64,000 nt of DNA from Eledone cirrhosa (taxonomy: Eukaryota): NCBI GenBank assembly GCA_964016885.1, contig OZ024741.1:40424001-40488000 (forward strand). The letters run 5' to 3'. Positions 14,447 through 28,432 of this stretch are shown one piece after another; positions within the stretch are counted from its first letter, which is position 1, and the number at the start of each line of letters is the position of its first letter. A program made the translations under genes and the position numbers. The notes beneath the pieces are model-generated. The model did not search any database, had not been told where the DNA came from, and worked only from the letters and a program-made list of their open reading frames with translations.

Positions 14447-14632
14447 TGAATTGGCAGTATCTGTAGAGGGTCGGACGTCATGCTTTGACGTATAGAGTTA
14501 CGGCCCTTGCCATTCTGAGTTCAAATCCCGCCAAGGTTAACTTTGCCTTTCATCCTTATGGGGTCGATAAAATAAAGTACCAGTAATGCACTGGTTAATT
14601 CCTGGCCTTGTGCCAAAAGTAGAAACAATTAT
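14221..14632. mobile_element. SINE S1 pieces (14221-14330 minus; 14350-14382 and 14447-14632 plus)
   Basis: Same S1 core and 3' end gccttgtgccaaaagtagaaacaattat. Confidence 0.85.
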
Positions 14633-15179
14633 ATGTATATGTGTGTATGTCCGTGTGTGTCCGTCTGCTTGTCCACTAATTAGTCTGAATAACTAATTAT
14701 ATGAAATAGAATAAACACAATTTATTTTTAAAAAGAAGACACTACTAACAAACGAAAAAAACTGAACACGACTGCGAAAGCAATCTAATTTCGGATTAAG
14801 CAGCAGTCGAAAACATGTAAAGGTACCGACTGGAAATGTGCGTGACAATTCCACGATTTAGGCCACCAACAGTCCACTTACTTATCCGAGAAAATCTCAG
14901 TGTGATGAAGTATTCCGTCTTCTCTCCCCACTACACCAACGCCAATACTTCATCTTAGACATTGAATAAAGAACGTTTGCCAACTCTACTTTACATATTT
15001 TCCACTGTTACCATCCGTTACTGAAGCGGAAAGATGGCGGATAGTTGATCTCTTTCGACATACAGACCAGACATCTCACCTTTCTTCTTTCTTTGCCAAA
15101 CACTGACAAGTTTTTTTACTTAATATTCCTTCGTATTTTTTTAATGAAATATCCACTTTCCTTTTATCAACTGTCGATG

Positions 15180-17100
15180 TTCTTATTGTTGTTGTTGTTG
15201 GTCTGTTGTTGTGTTGGTGGTGGTATTGTTGTTGTTGGTGGTGTTGGTGTTATTGTTGTGTTGATGTTGGTGTTGTTGTTGTTGTGTTGGTGTTGGTGTT
15301 GGTGTTGTTGGTGGTGTTGGTGTTGTTGGTGGTGTTGTTGTTGGTGTTGGTGTTGTTGTGTTGGTGGTGGTGTTGTTGGTGGTGTTGTTGTTGGTGGTGG
15401 TGTTGTTGTTGTGTTGGTGGTAGTGTTGGTGTTGTTGTTGTGTTGGTGGTGGTATTGTTGTTGTTGGTGTTGTTGTTATTGGTGGTGGTGTTGTTGTTGT
15501 GTTGGTGGTAGTGTTGTTGTTGTTGTTGTTGTGTTGGTATTGGTCTTGGTGTTGTTGTGTTGGTGGTGGTAGTGGTGATGTTGTGTTGGTGTTGGTGTTG
15601 TGTTGGTGGTGGTATTGTTGTTGTTGGTGGTGTTGTTATTGGTGGTAGTGTTGTTGTTGTGTTGGTGTTGGTGTTGGTGTTGTTGTTGTTGTGTTGGTGT
15701 TGGTAGTGGTGATGTTGTTGTTGTGTTGGTGTTGTTGTTGTTGTTGTGTTGGTGTTGGTAGTGGTTGTGTTGTTGTTGTGTTGGTGTTGGTAGTGGTGGT
15801 GTTGTTGTTGTGTTGGTGGTAGTGTTGTTGTTGCGTTGGTGTTGGTGATGTTGTTGTTGTGTTGGTGTTGGTAGTGGTGGTGTTGTTGTTGTGTTGGTGG
15901 TAGTGTTGTTGTTGTGTTGGTGTTGGTGTTGTTGTTGTGTTGGTGTTGGTAGTGTTGACGTTGTTGTTGTGTTGGTGGTAGTGTTGTTGTTGTGTTGGTG
16001 TTGGTGTTGTTGTTGTGTTGGTGGTAGTGTTGTTGTTGTGTTGATGTTGTTGTTGTTGGTGGTGTTGGTAGTGGTGGTACTGTTGTTGTGTTGGTGGTAG
16101 TGTTGTTGTTGTGTTGATGTTGTTGTTGTTGTTGTTGTGTTGGTGTTGGTAGTGGTGGTGGTGTTGTGTTGGTGTTGTTGTTGTTGTGTTGGTGTTGGTA
16201 GTGGTGGTGTTGTTGTTGTGTTGGTGTTGGTAGTGTTGTTGTTGTTGTGTTGGTGTTGGTAGTGGTGGTGTTGTTGTTGTGTTGGTGGTAGTGTTGTTGT
16301 TGCGTTGGTGTTGGTGATGTTGTTGTGTTGGTGTTGGTAGTGGTGGTGTTGTTGTTGTGTTGGTGGTAGTGTTGTTGTTGTGTTGGTGTTGTTGTTGTTG
16401 TGTTGGTGTTGGTAGTGGTGATGTTGTTGTTGTGTTGGTGGTAGTGTTGTTGTTGTGTTGGTGTTGGTGTTGTTGTTGTGTTGGTGGTAGTGTTGTTGTT
16501 GTGTTGATGTTGTTGTTGGTGGTGGTGTTGGTAGTGGTGGTACTGTTGTTGTGTTGGTGGTAGTGTTGTTGTTGTGTTGATGTTGTTGTTGTTGTTGTGT
16601 TGGTGTTGGTAGTGGTGGTGTTGTGTTGGTGTTGTTGTTGTTGTTGTGTTGGTGTTGGTAGTGGTGGTGTTGTTGTTGTTCTTTTGGTGGTGGTGTTGTT
16701 GTTGTGTTGATGTTGGTGTTGTTGTTGTTGTTGTGTTGGTGTTGGTAGTGGTGGTGTTGTTGTTGTTGTGTTGGTGGTGGTGTTGTTGTTGTTGTTGTTG
16801 TGTTGGTGTTGGTAGTGGTGGTGTTGTTGTTGTTGTTGTTGTGTTGGTGTTGGTAGTGGTGGTGTTGTTATTGTTGTTGATGCTATTGTTGATGTTGTTG
16901 GTGTTGGTAGTGTTGCTCTTGATGTTGTTGTTGATGTTGTTATTGTGGATGTGGCTGTTGTTGTTGATGATGATGATGTTGTTAATGATTTTGTTGCTGA
17001 TGTTGTTGTTGTTGTTGATGATGTTGTTGTTGCTGTTGATGTGGTTGTTGTTTTTGTAGTTGACGCTGTTATTGATGATATTGTTGATGTTGAGGATAAT
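15180..17100. repeat. Compound (GTT/GGT/GAT)n low-complexity array with ~466-bp internal duplication
   Basis: ORFs at 15891 and 16357 are near-identical, offset 466. Confidence 0.9.
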
Positions 17101-17456
17101 GTTTGATTTGATGTTTTTGTTATTGTTGTTTACAATAGTCGTTTATAATGTTCATTATTTATTATCATCGTTGGCGGTGGATTAACGGTAGAGAGTCCAA
17201 CACCATGCTTTGCAGGTCGATAAAATAAAGTACCAGTCGATAAAATAAAGTACCAGTAATGCACTGGGGTAATCGCTGGCCTTGTGGCTAAAGTAGAAAC
17301 AATTATTTATTATCATCATCATCGTCGTGATCAGTATTATTACCAAAGGAGTTACATTTACTCCTTTTTTTGTTTATATATAATATGGTTAATTAATCAA
17401 TCTTATTTGATTGTTCTTTTGTTTTTGTTCATTATTATTGTTGTTGTTGATGTTGC

Positions 17457-17490
<34 letters not shown>

Positions 17491-18147
17491 ATCATCATCA
17501 TCATCATCATAATACTCGTCAGAGTTAATTGAAAAAAAAAATTATTTTCAGTCCAACACCTGCTTCTACCTCACAACGTCTGCTCCCATCAACATTCTTT
17601 AAATCTCGTCTTCACGAGACTGTCTCATAAATTTATTTTAGCCCTTCTGTCTCTTGTCACTATTTTTTTAAATGTTATTTTAGGTTATTGTAGTGTTTTT
17701 TTTCTCTTTAATACAACGAAGGCGTCACTCGAATCATCCACACGTTTATTCACACCAATATAAATTTCTCCAGACACTGAAGGTTTCAACAGACCTATTT
17801 CATCTAAAAGAAAGTTAATCTCAGCCAACAGCCATTTCTTCACGACTTACTGTCAGTCAAACTTGCGTTTGTTTTTCCGATTCGTTACTTCCACATGACC
17901 AAAATAAAATCACTAATAATTTTGACTTCTGATAACTAGATGCTTTTTTTTTCTATCTAAACAGATTCTATCTGGAATCTTCCTTTAATTCGACATCGCT
18001 TCTTTCATTATACTAACTCCATTTAGTTATTCTTTTATTCTTTTATTGGTTTCAATCACTGGAATGTGGCCATGATGGGGCACCACCTTGTAAAGAATTT
18101 AGTGGATTATATCAACTTCAGTAGTAATTTTTTAAAAGTCTAGTACA

Positions 18148-18365
18148 TATGAGGGTCGGCTGAAAAGTTCATATGCTGAAAAGTACATAGGCTGACCAAG
18201 ATACTCTCAAGGAATGACTAAATGAGGTTTATTTTTCAACATAGTCCCTGGAAATAAACAATGCAGTTATTAATAAGAATAGTTGAAATTAATGCATGCA
18301 AGATTTCACAGCACTAGCATTATTCCTTTAAATTCAGTCTACGAACTTTTCAGCCAACCCTCGTA
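18148..18365. mobile_element. Tc1/mariner-type MITE
   Basis: ~30-bp imperfect TIRs tatgagggtcggctgaaaagttcatatgctgaa / ttcagtctacgaacttttcagccaaccctcgta, TA at both ends. Confidence 0.75.
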
Positions 18366-19054
18366 TGTTTTTGTTGTTTTTGTTATGTCTGGTACAATTT
18401 CTATTTTGTCGAATCAACCGCTGAGTTATTAAATATAAACAAACAGTAAACGTAAAGACAGCAGGGTTACGGGTTCAGTCCCACTGAAAGGCACCTTCGG
18501 CATATGTCTTCTACTATACGGATTGACTCATGTTTAATAGTTGCGCGGAAGTTTGTCGTATATATATGTGTGTATGTGTGTGTGTGTATGTGTGTGTGTA
18601 TGTGTGTGTGTATGTGTGTGTGTGTGCGTGTCTCTGCATGTCATTCGACTGCAGCCATGCCATGGCATCACCGTCAAGTAATTTAGTTGTTCTCTTTTAC
18701 TATACTATATATTTTTCATGTCTGGAATTTATGTTATTGCTCTTTTCTGCCGAACCGCTAAATTACGGGATATAAACACAAATACCAACACAGACACGGA
18801 CGGACACACAATAACACACAGAAACACACACACTCGCACAAACACACACACACGCACACATTTTCTGGCTGTTACTTCTAACAGGTCGAATCGGTAATTA
18901 TGTCGTTTCCTGTATGAAGGCATTCGTTGTGAGTGCATGCGCATGGGCATGTGTGTCTGTAATGGCTGTCCGTATTGTCGTACTGCATCAAATTTAGTGC
19001 AAATTATTTTATTAAAAAGCTCATGCGTATAAAAATACATAAATCAAAACATTA

Positions 19055-19236
19055 TCAGTATCGGTAGAGCGTCAGACACTATGCTTTACAGCATAGAGCT
19101 ATGGCCCTTTACGTTCTGAGTTCAGATCCCGCCGAGGTTAATTTTGCCTTTCATCCTTACGGGATCGATAAATTAAAGTACCAGTAATGCACTGGGGGTA
19201 ATTGCTGGCCTTGTGCCAAAAGTAGAAACAATTATT
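19055..19236 (+). mobile_element. SINE S1 copy
   Basis: S1 core and 3' end. Confidence 0.85.
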
Positions 19237-19377
19237 TCCTGTAGAATTGATTGTTTCAACTAGACCGAAGTCACCTACAAAATACATATATGTATACGTA
19301 TACTTATGTGTGTATGTGTGCGTGCGTGTGTATGTATGTGTGTATAATACTAATATTCTCTTCTATTTTGTATATAA

Positions 19378-19690
19378 GAAGGCACGTGGCTTAATGGTTA
19401 GAGAGTCAGGTTCACAATCGTGAGGGTGAGGGTTCGATTCACGGACCGGGTGATGTGTTATGACCTAGAGCAAGACAATATATTACCTGTTGCTCCAGTT
19501 CACTCATCTGTAGAAATGGGCAGCCATGTCACGAGTGCCATGCCTTTCCCCTAGACAATATCTGTGGCATGGAATTGAGAGACTGGCGGGCATAGTGACT
19601 GATGGTCTTTCACAAAAAAACACCTTGTGGCTTGGAGGGGTACATTCTAGGTGCAAGTCCCATGCTCATTCATGACCTAAGGGAGTCACC
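19378..19690 (+). mobile_element. SINE S2 copy
   Basis: tggcttaatgg...gggttcgattc; homologous to 13972-14125. Confidence 0.7.
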
Positions 19691-19811
19691 GGTGCTTTGA
19701 GAAAGCAACACCATTGATTAGTCCGGGACATATCAATGAATTGAAACAACAGGAGTAATTTTTATTTCTTCTTCGTGTTTTTTTTCGGGGGGGGGGTCTG
19801 TTCAACTATTA

Positions 19812-19870
19812 GCTGTCTGATGAGGCCATAGCTGTTGCATAACGGTTATCATCGAAATATAGATAACAGC
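19812..19870 (+). ncRNA. Type I hammerhead ribozyme
   Basis: gctgt CTGATGA g..atagctgtt-gcat-aacggttat..c GAAAT atag ATA acagc; perfect 5-bp stem I. Confidence 0.8.
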
Positions 19871-19932
19871 GATTGTATAATGAATAAATGAAGTAAATTT
19901 TAACCAGTTCACTTGTACTTCATTATGTGTGT

Positions 19933-20000
<68 letters not shown>

Positions 20001-20040
20001 ATCTATCTATCTATGTATGTATCTATCTATCTATCTATGT

Positions 20041-20111
<71 letters not shown>

Positions 20112-20261
20112 AAGAAATTAAAAGATGGTGAAAAAAGTTGAACTTTTTTAACCATCTTTTAATTTCTTATATATACTCCAGTCCAATAAACTGTTGAGTG
20201 CTACTTATCCGATATTTGCATTGGTTTATTGTTCTACAATAAAACTCACCTCCTACATATA

Positions 20262-20565
20262 TATATATTGGTAAACGGAATAGAAAATGCTGACAAATTG
20301 TTCACAGTTGAAAAATGGTTTAATTAGGAATAAAAGAGTATTAGTGATTGTATGGGTTAGTATTCAGAGCAAACAGCACGGACACTCTATCTCAAAATTA
20401 TTTTTGAAAAGCATTTAGAAATGCGCAACCGGTAAAAACTTAAAAACTTAAAACCACAACTGAATACTAACCCATACAATCACTAATACTCTTTTATTCC
20501 TAATTAAACCATTTTTCAACTGTGAACAATTTGTCAGCATTTTCTATTCCGTTTACCAATATATA
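20262..20565. repeat. Inverted repeat with ~106-bp arms; spacer holds a degenerate U3-A8 hammerhead
   Basis: 20262-20367 is the reverse complement of 20460-20565; spacer TTGAAAA gcattt-ag-aaatgc GCAAC cg GTA. Confidence 0.9.
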
Positions 20566-20594
20566 ATAACTTGTGTGTTACACCTCTATTCTTT

Positions 20595-20633
<39 letters not shown>

Positions 20634-20776
20634 TCGAAAATGTTTGAATGCATCTTCTCTTTTCATGATATTTGGATTACATTGAGTTCTTCATAGGGAT
20701 TGGACACTACCGTATATTTTGGTAGATTTATCTATACATATATATATATACATATATATATACATATATATATATA

Positions 20777-20864
<88 letters not shown>

Positions 20865-21109
20865 GAGACAGGGAGAGAGAGACAGCGAGAGAGGTAGAGA
20901 TCAATTATACTCAGTACTTGGCTGGTACTTTATCTTATCACCTAGGTTAGATGGATTTGAACTCTGTGTGATTGTTCGAACTGCTGGAAATAGTAATCTA
21001 GTTGTCCCTCAAACATTCTTGGAACTTTAGTCTGGAGCTAAGCGACAATAGTATCAACATCACCCTTTCCAGCTAACTAATGTCACCAGCTTACCCACTT
21101 ATCACCAAT

Positions 21110-22550
21110 CAACAATGAAGGACACATTAGATAGTGCAGTCCTAGATATACTTATACCTTTAAAAAGTACCAACATTAACAATGACGGGTACATTAGATA
21201 GTGCAGTCCTAGATATACTTATACCTTTAAAAAGTACCAACATTAACAATGACGGGTACATTAGATAGTGCAGTCCTAGATATACTTATACCTTTAAAAA
21301 GTACCAACATTAACAATGACGGGTACATTAGATAGTGTAGTCCTAGATATACTTATACCTTTAAAAAGTACCAACATTAACAATGACGGGTACATTAGAT
21401 AGTGTAGTCCTAGATATACTTATACCTTTAAAAAGTACCAACATTAACAATGACGGGTACATTAGATAGTGCAGTCCTAGATATACTTATACCTTTAAAA
21501 AGTACCAACATTAACAATGACGGGTACATTAGATAGTGCAGTCCTAGATATACTTATACCTTTAAAAAGTACCAACATCAACAATGAAGGACACATTAGA
21601 TAGTGTAGTCCTAGATATACTTATACCTTTAAAAAGTACCAACATCAACAATGAAGGACACATTAGATAGTGCAGTCCTAGATATACTTATACCTTTAAA
21701 AAGTACCAACATTAACAATGACGGGTACATTAGATAGTGCAGTCCTAGATATACTTATACCTTTAAAAAGTACCAACATCAACAATGAAGGACACATTAG
21801 ATAGTGTAGTCCTAGATATACTTATACCTTTAAAAAGTACCAACATCAACAATGAAGGACACATTAGATAGTGTAGTCCTAGATATACTTATACCTTTAA
21901 AAAGTACCAACATTAACAATGACGGGTACATTAGATAGTGCAGTCCTAGATATACTTATACCTTTAAAAAGTACCAACATCAACAATGAAGGACACATTA
22001 GATAGTGTAGTCCTAGATATACTTATACCTTTAAAAAGTACCAACATTAACAATGACGGGTACATTAGATAGTGCAGTCCTAGATATACTTATACCTTTA
22101 AAAAGTACCAACATTAACAATGACGGGTACATTAGATAGTGCAGTCCTAGATATACTTATACCTTTAAAAAGTACCAACATCAACAATGAAGGACACATT
22201 AGATAGTGTAGTCCTAGATATACTTATACCTTTAAAAAGTACCAACATCAACAATGAAGGACACATTAGATAGTGCAGTCCTAGATATACTTATACCTTT
22301 AAAAAGTACCAACATTAACAATGACGGGTACATTAGATAGTGCAGTCCTAGATATACTTATACCTTTAAAAAGTACCAACATCAACAATGAAGGACACAT
22401 TAGATAGTGTAGTCCTAGATATACTTATACCTTTAAAAAGTACCAACATCAACAAGGAAGGACACATTAGATAGTGCAGTCCTAGATATACTTATACCTT
22501 TAAAAAGTACCAACATCAACAAGGAAGGATACATTGGATGGTGCAGTGGT
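21110..22550. repeat. 67-bp minisatellite, ~21 copies, two interleaved variants
   Basis: acattagatagtgYagtcctagatatacttatacctttaaaaagtaccaacatYaacaatga(cgggt/aggac); period 21191 to 21258. Confidence 0.97.
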
Positions 22551-23075
22551 AAATACACCTATACTTAAAACACGTTTGAGTGTTACGACTAAAATGCAAG
22601 TTTATAGATAAGTTTTCATAACCACGACTGCCTTAACACATATCAACAACAACGGGGCCGGTATAAATGACAGCTGCCACAATTGCAGCAACAACAGGAA
22701 CAACAACAACAGCAATGACATCATCAGTAACAAAAACAGCACCGCTGCTACTAGTATGACAACAACGGCAACAATAAGGAAAGTATGGGTTTACTTCTTT
22801 TTAAGCCACCGAACCATAATAAATCAGATTAAACGAAAAATATTTAATGGAAATCCCAGACTAAATTACTATATGGTAGCTCGTGCGAGACCGCGTTTCA
22901 CTTAGATATCCTTGGATTAGTAAACCCTGTGTTCCCTGCCGAAAAACATATATCCATACTAATCCCCGGCCTTGTACCGCTGGTTTCAATACGTGAAAGG
23001 GGTGAAAGAAGAGAAGGAAAGAAGAGAAGGAAAAAAACGAAGAGAGAAAGGGAGAGAAAGAGGGAGAGAGAGTGA

Positions 23076-23138
<63 letters not shown>

Positions 23139-23295
23139 GGGGAAGGAGAGGAACACAAAGTTAAGTCAATTATCAAAACGTGATGAAGGAAAGAAATAAG
23201 AAATAGTAAGAAAGAAAAGAAAAAGAATGAGGAGTGAAAAAGAAGAAGAAAGTGAGAAGGAAAAGATCGATAGAAAGATAGATAGATAGATAGAT

Positions 23296-25155
23296 ATCTT
23301 TATTTGCCACAAGGGTGTACAAAAATGGGACATTACAAGACGTGGCGGCGAGGGTTGTACATAAAAATCTTTAACAATAATAATTGTTTCTACTTTTGGC
23401 ACAAGGCCAACAATTATCACAGTGTATTACTGGTACTTTATTTTATCTACCCCGTAAGGATAAAAGGCAAAGTTAACCTCGGCGGGATTTGAACTCAGAC
23501 CATAAAGGGAAGTAATTATGCTGCAAAGCATGGTGTCTGACCCTCTACCGGTACTGCAAATACACCGCCCTTAATAATAATGAATAACAATAAACTATAT
23601 ATGAAATAAAACAATCGAAATCCCCAAAAGCGGAGAACATTACTGCGGGGGTTGTATTATACCCCGTGGATAGAACAACGCTCAAAACCAGGTAGGTGTA
23701 CCTGTCTTCCCTCTGCTTGTCTTCCTCAACCTACAGGTTTATAGACAGAGAAGGCCCATAAACTCGGGCCATTTTGACCCCATTCACCCACCTTTCAGCG
23801 AATTTACTCGGGTGTAGCACCTCTCCCTCCACTCTCACCTTCCTTCTGAAGTGGTACTTAAAGAAGGGGATGAGTTGTTCTCCGGAGAGAAAGGTGTTTG
23901 CCCTCAGTCCCTTTTAACTTCGTCAACCATATTACCTCTGTCGCCATAGCCACCAGACAGAAAAAATTACCTCTCCTTCATTCTTAAATGAAGGCGGCGG
24001 GGTGATCTTCACGATGGACTCGGCTGACAACTGAATGTGCCCTACACGTGACAGTTACTGTTTGACATCATTTTACAAGTCGGTAACCTCTGGGCACTGA
24101 ACAATTGCGTGCAGAACGGTTTCGATGTCCTGCTCGCATCTTGGACAGGCCCATTTGGATGGTTCTCTGCCAGGGCGCCCGTGCCTGTAGATTTTGTCTC
24201 GAACTGGTAGAGCTCCTTGGTAGCACTGCCAGGCCAGAGATCTCTGGAAGATATCCATAGGTCCTGGACGGAAAGTCCTCCGAACAGACTGGTCAGTTCG
24301 TCCTCCTCGATGCCTAGAGTTTCCCCGAGAACGTCGTCGCACCTATTCTCCCCTAATCCCCTATAGAATGTCGAAGTGGTGTCTCCGCTGATTGCCGTTT
24401 CCGCTTGGTAGAGGGTTGTGAGCACCTGAAGGCACTCGAGGTGCCAGGCGCCCATTTTCGGTCTTCACTTGACCCAGGACTGCAGCTCTGTCAGCGAGAT
24501 GAGTTGTGGAAGAGCTCGTCTCACAAACGACAGCCACACCGGTTCACCGGTCAGGAATACCTGGAAATGGCGTAGCCTCAGCGCGTGTTTGCGCATTATC
24601 AGCCACGCCATGCCCAGCCCTCCGTTAGAAGGGTGCTGATAGCAGATGGATCTCCTCACCAATGGAGCCTGTTGCTTCGCGAGGAAGTTGAAGAGTAGGC
24701 GTTCCATTTTGGTAAGGTGTTCGCTGGAACAGGGTACGACTGTCAAGCGGTAGTAGATGATGGACGCTATGTAAGTGTTCGCCACCTCTGCTCGACCTTT
24801 CACGGAGAGTTTGCACTCAGCCTACTTCTGGGTGAGTGCAAACACCTTCGCCGTGACTTCGTTCCAGTTCTTGTCCACCTGGCGGTCTGGACCAAACCAG
24901 ACCCCGAGCAATTTCACCGGTACTTCCGTCCAGCGTCCAACGACGATGTCGGAAGGCATGGGTTTGCCTCTCCATGTGCCAAATTGCAAACCGAAAGACT
25001 TGTTTGGGTTTAGTCTTACTCCTGTCAACGTTTCGTATTCCTGTAATAGGTTGCCGATTACCCCGATTTCCGAGGTTTTCGGCTCCATTACGGTTAAGTC
25101 GTCGACATAGGCCGACGCTGCTTTCCGCAGTCCTGGTTCGATCGGGATGCCCTGC

Positions 25156-25157
<2 letters not shown>
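23296..25157 (-). mobile_element. 5'-truncated Tx1-like LINE (subfamily B) between (GATA)n tracts, with a SINE inserted in its 3' UTR
   Basis: ORF pieces 24822-25157, 24465-24803 and 24042-24455 match ORF2; 3' tail matches 63300-63385. Confidence 0.93.
23385..23572 (-). mobile_element. SINE S1 with probable aataataat target-site duplication
   Basis: aataataat at 23376-23384 and 23573-23581; removing it restores the LINE 3' UTR seen at 39590-39710. Confidence 0.88.
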
Positions 25158-25194
<37 letters not shown>

Positions 25195-25196
<2 letters not shown>

Positions 25197-26273
25197 TTCT
25201 TTATTTGCTACAAGGGCGCACGAGAAAAGGGGACAATACAAAGACATGTCGGGGATTTTACATACAGTCGTGTAAAAAAATATAAAACAAACAATTACAA
25301 CAATCGAAATCCCCAATAGGGGGAAGCGCCACAAATGGGTTGTTTAATACCCCGTCGATAGAACAACCCTCAACTCCAGGAGCGTGTTTTGCAAGTGATC
25401 CTTTCTTCCTTTTGCTCTCTTCTTTAACCTAAAGGCTTATAAACAGACAAGGCCCAATCACTCGGGCCATTTTCGCTTCATTCACCCACCTTTCAGTAAA
25501 TTTACTTGGGTGCAGTGCCTCTCTCTCCACCCTGATTCTCCTTCTAAAATGATACTTAAAGAAAGGAACCAATTGTTGTCCGGAGAGAAAGGCATCTGTC
25601 CTCAGTCCTCTCAATCTCGTCCACCATATAACTTCTTTCACCATAACCACTGTACAGAGGAAAACCGCCTCTCTTTCGTTTTTGAAAGAACCTGGTGGTT
25701 TGATCCTTACTATGGACTCGGCAGTTAACTGGATTTGTCCCATACGCGACAGCAGTTGTTCTGCATAGTTCCACAGGTCGGCTACGCCCGGGCAGTGTAC
25801 AATTGCGTGCAGGACTGTTTCAATGTCTTGCGCGCATCTTGGACACATTCTCTTGGAAGGATACCTGCCGGAGCGTCCGTGCCTGTAGATCTTGTCACGA
25901 ACCGGTAGAGCCCCTCGGTAGCACTGCCAGGCCAGGGACCTGTGGAGTCTCCGCTGATTGCTGTGCCCGCTTGCCAGAGGACTGTGAGCGCCTGAGCGCA
26001 TTCAATGTGCCAGGCGCCCATCGTTTTCGGGGATTTCTTGACTCAGGACTGCAGCTCCGTCAGCGAGATGAGCTGTGGGAAAGCCTATCTCACAAACGGT
26101 GCCCACACCGGTTGGGGGTCGGTGAGGAATACCTGGAAATGCCGCAGCCAAAGCGCATGTTTGCGCATCATCAACCACGGCATTCCCAGCCCTCCGTTGG
26201 AAGGGTGCTGACAGCAGACGGATCTCCTCACCAGCGGAGCCTACTTCTTCCACAGAAACTGGAAGAGCATGCG
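25195..26273 (-). mobile_element. 5'-truncated Tx1-like LINE between (GATA)n tracts
   Basis: RMLFQFLWKK...SLAWQCYRGALPVR...CPRC..ETVLHAIVHC; small internal deletion near 25940. Confidence 0.93.
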
Positions 26274-26401
26274 ATAGATAGATAGATAAATTTCTTTACG
26301 ATAGATAGATACGCAAATTAAGTCATTTAAGAAGAAGAAAATGAAGGAAATATGAAAGAAATGAAGGAAAAACGGAAAGAAGAAGAAAAAAGACGGAGAG
26401 G

Positions 26402-26459
<58 letters not shown>

Positions 26460-26552
26460 CAGAGAAAGAGAAAGTGAGACAGAAGAGACAGAGAGAGAGG
26501 GGGGAGAGGGACTATTAAGGGAAATTATAATGTTTATAATAAAAAAAAGAAA

Positions 26553-27310
26553 GACCCCGTAAGGCTGAAAGGCAAAGTTAACCTCGGCGGGATTTGAACT
26601 CAGAATGGCAAGGGCCGTAACTCTATGCGTCAAAGCATGGTGTCCGACCCTCTACCGATACTGCCAATCCAAATGGTTTCTTATATACAAGGCCAACAAT
26701 TTTGTGGGTAGGGGAAAGTGGATTAATTCGACTATAGTGCGCGACTGGTGCTTTATTTTAACGACCCTGTACGGATGAAAGGCAAAGCTAACATCGGCGG
26801 GATTTGAACTCAGAACGTAATGGGCCGTAACTCTATGCCGCTAAGCATATTGTCCGACGCTCTACCGATTCTGCCAATCCACCACACTCTAAGAAGAAAT
26901 AATAATCGTTTCTACTTTTGGCACAAGGCCAGCAATTATTACAGTATATTACTGGTACTTTATTTTATCGACCCCGTAAGGATGAAAGGCAAAGTGAACC
27001 ATAAAGGGGCGTAACTCTATGCTGCAAAGCATGGCGCCCGACCTTCTACCGATACTGCCAATCCACCGCCCTAATAATAATGGTTTCTTATTTCGGTACA
27101 AGGCCAGTGATTTGTGGGGTGGGGAAAGTCGATTAAATCGACCCCAGTGCGTGACTGGTACTTTATTTTATCGACCCCATAAGGATGAAAGGCAAAGTTA
27201 ACCTCGGCGGGATTTGACCTCAGATCATAAAGAGCCGTAACTCTATGCTGCAAAGCATGGAATCCGACCCTCTACCGATACTGCCAATCCACCGCCCTCT
27301 CACCGCCCTA
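26553..27310 (-). mobile_element. Cluster of four head-to-tail SINE S1-type copies
   Basis: Repeated aggcaaagttaacctcggcgggatttgaactcag...ctctaccgatactgccaatcc, separated by aataat or tggtttc junctions. Confidence 0.88.
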
Positions 27311-28044
27311 ATAATAATAAAAAGAGAAGGGGGAAAGTGCAGAAAACTCCACACCCCAGTCTAGGTGGTATACCAGAGAGGCGCCCGCGACTAAAATGGC
27401 GAGAGCATTGCTGCGGACAACAGTCAGCGACAACCACTGCACCAGCCACTCAACCTAGAAAATATCTTAAATTACAACAAGACGGTTCAAATGGCGGTAA
27501 CAACAAACAGTCTATTTATTTCGTTTGGCCTTGAACTCCTCTGCAAGATCGGAACGTCGGCGGCCCGTCAAAGGAAGGAGCCCCGCGAGGTAGGGTGACT
27601 GTTGCGGAACGTGTTGCTGGCCATAGTCCGCAGGAATACTTTTGCGGTCGTGTCTGCAGGGTATAGCCCCATTACCGCCGTGCGATAGACCCACAGCTCA
27701 ATCACCCCTTCCCGTCCTCATTCTTCTGTGACACTGGCACCCTTGCCTTTCCCTTCCTTTTCAGGGTTTTTTTTCGCTTTTTTTTCTTATTTTACATTCC
27801 ATTCTTTCTTCTCAATCTAACTGTTTCTATTAAATTTACTATAGACAACGCTAATCACTACAGTCCCATAACATTCTATAAAAGAGGAAACAGATATAAT
27901 TATGATAAAATAAATATATAAATAATGGTTGACTTATGATACATTGGGGATTTACAATTTTGAAATATGGTGCAGTAATGTGTCAGCTTCAGCATTCGGT
28001 AATCAGAAGAAGGAAGGTAAGTGTAAAAGCCTAACTCGCTGTCT

Positions 28045-28432
28045 TCAATTCATGAATCTTGGGTAATGACGGAAAAAATACGATCACGAGTACAACCGGC
28101 CGAAATGGGATTCCTCCGAATAGTTTTTGGGGTAACATTACTCAATAGGGTGCGTAGCTCGGAGATCAGAGAGTTACTCCAGTTAGAGCCGCTACTTCTC
28201 CAAATTGAGAGATCACAGCTCCGATATTATGGGAATGTAGTTAGAATATCTGAGGAAAGAATCGCTGGACAGATTTTACGGGCAAAACCATCGTATAGTA
28301 GACCCAGAGGTAGATCCCGAGCAGGATAGTTGGATAACATCCATGAGCTTGGCTGGTCTCGCTTGGGGTTCCAGCCGTATCAGTTGGAGATGATTGCTTC
28401 TGACAGGACCCGCTGGAAGGAGTGCTTCAGGA
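28045..28432 (+). mobile_element. RTE-clade LINE 3' fragment
   Basis: ESWVMT...AEMGFLR..GVT....RS.EIRE.L....IERSQLRYYGNVVR....RPRGR...A.DRTRW, a typical RTE C-terminus. Confidence 0.85.

Noticed and set aside
21110-22550. CRISPR-like regular array
   Set aside because: Pure tandem units with two variants, no unique spacers, no cas genes, eukaryotic context
11750-27310. tRNA genes
   Set aside because: A/B-box-like motifs belong to SINE heads; no complete cloverleaf found
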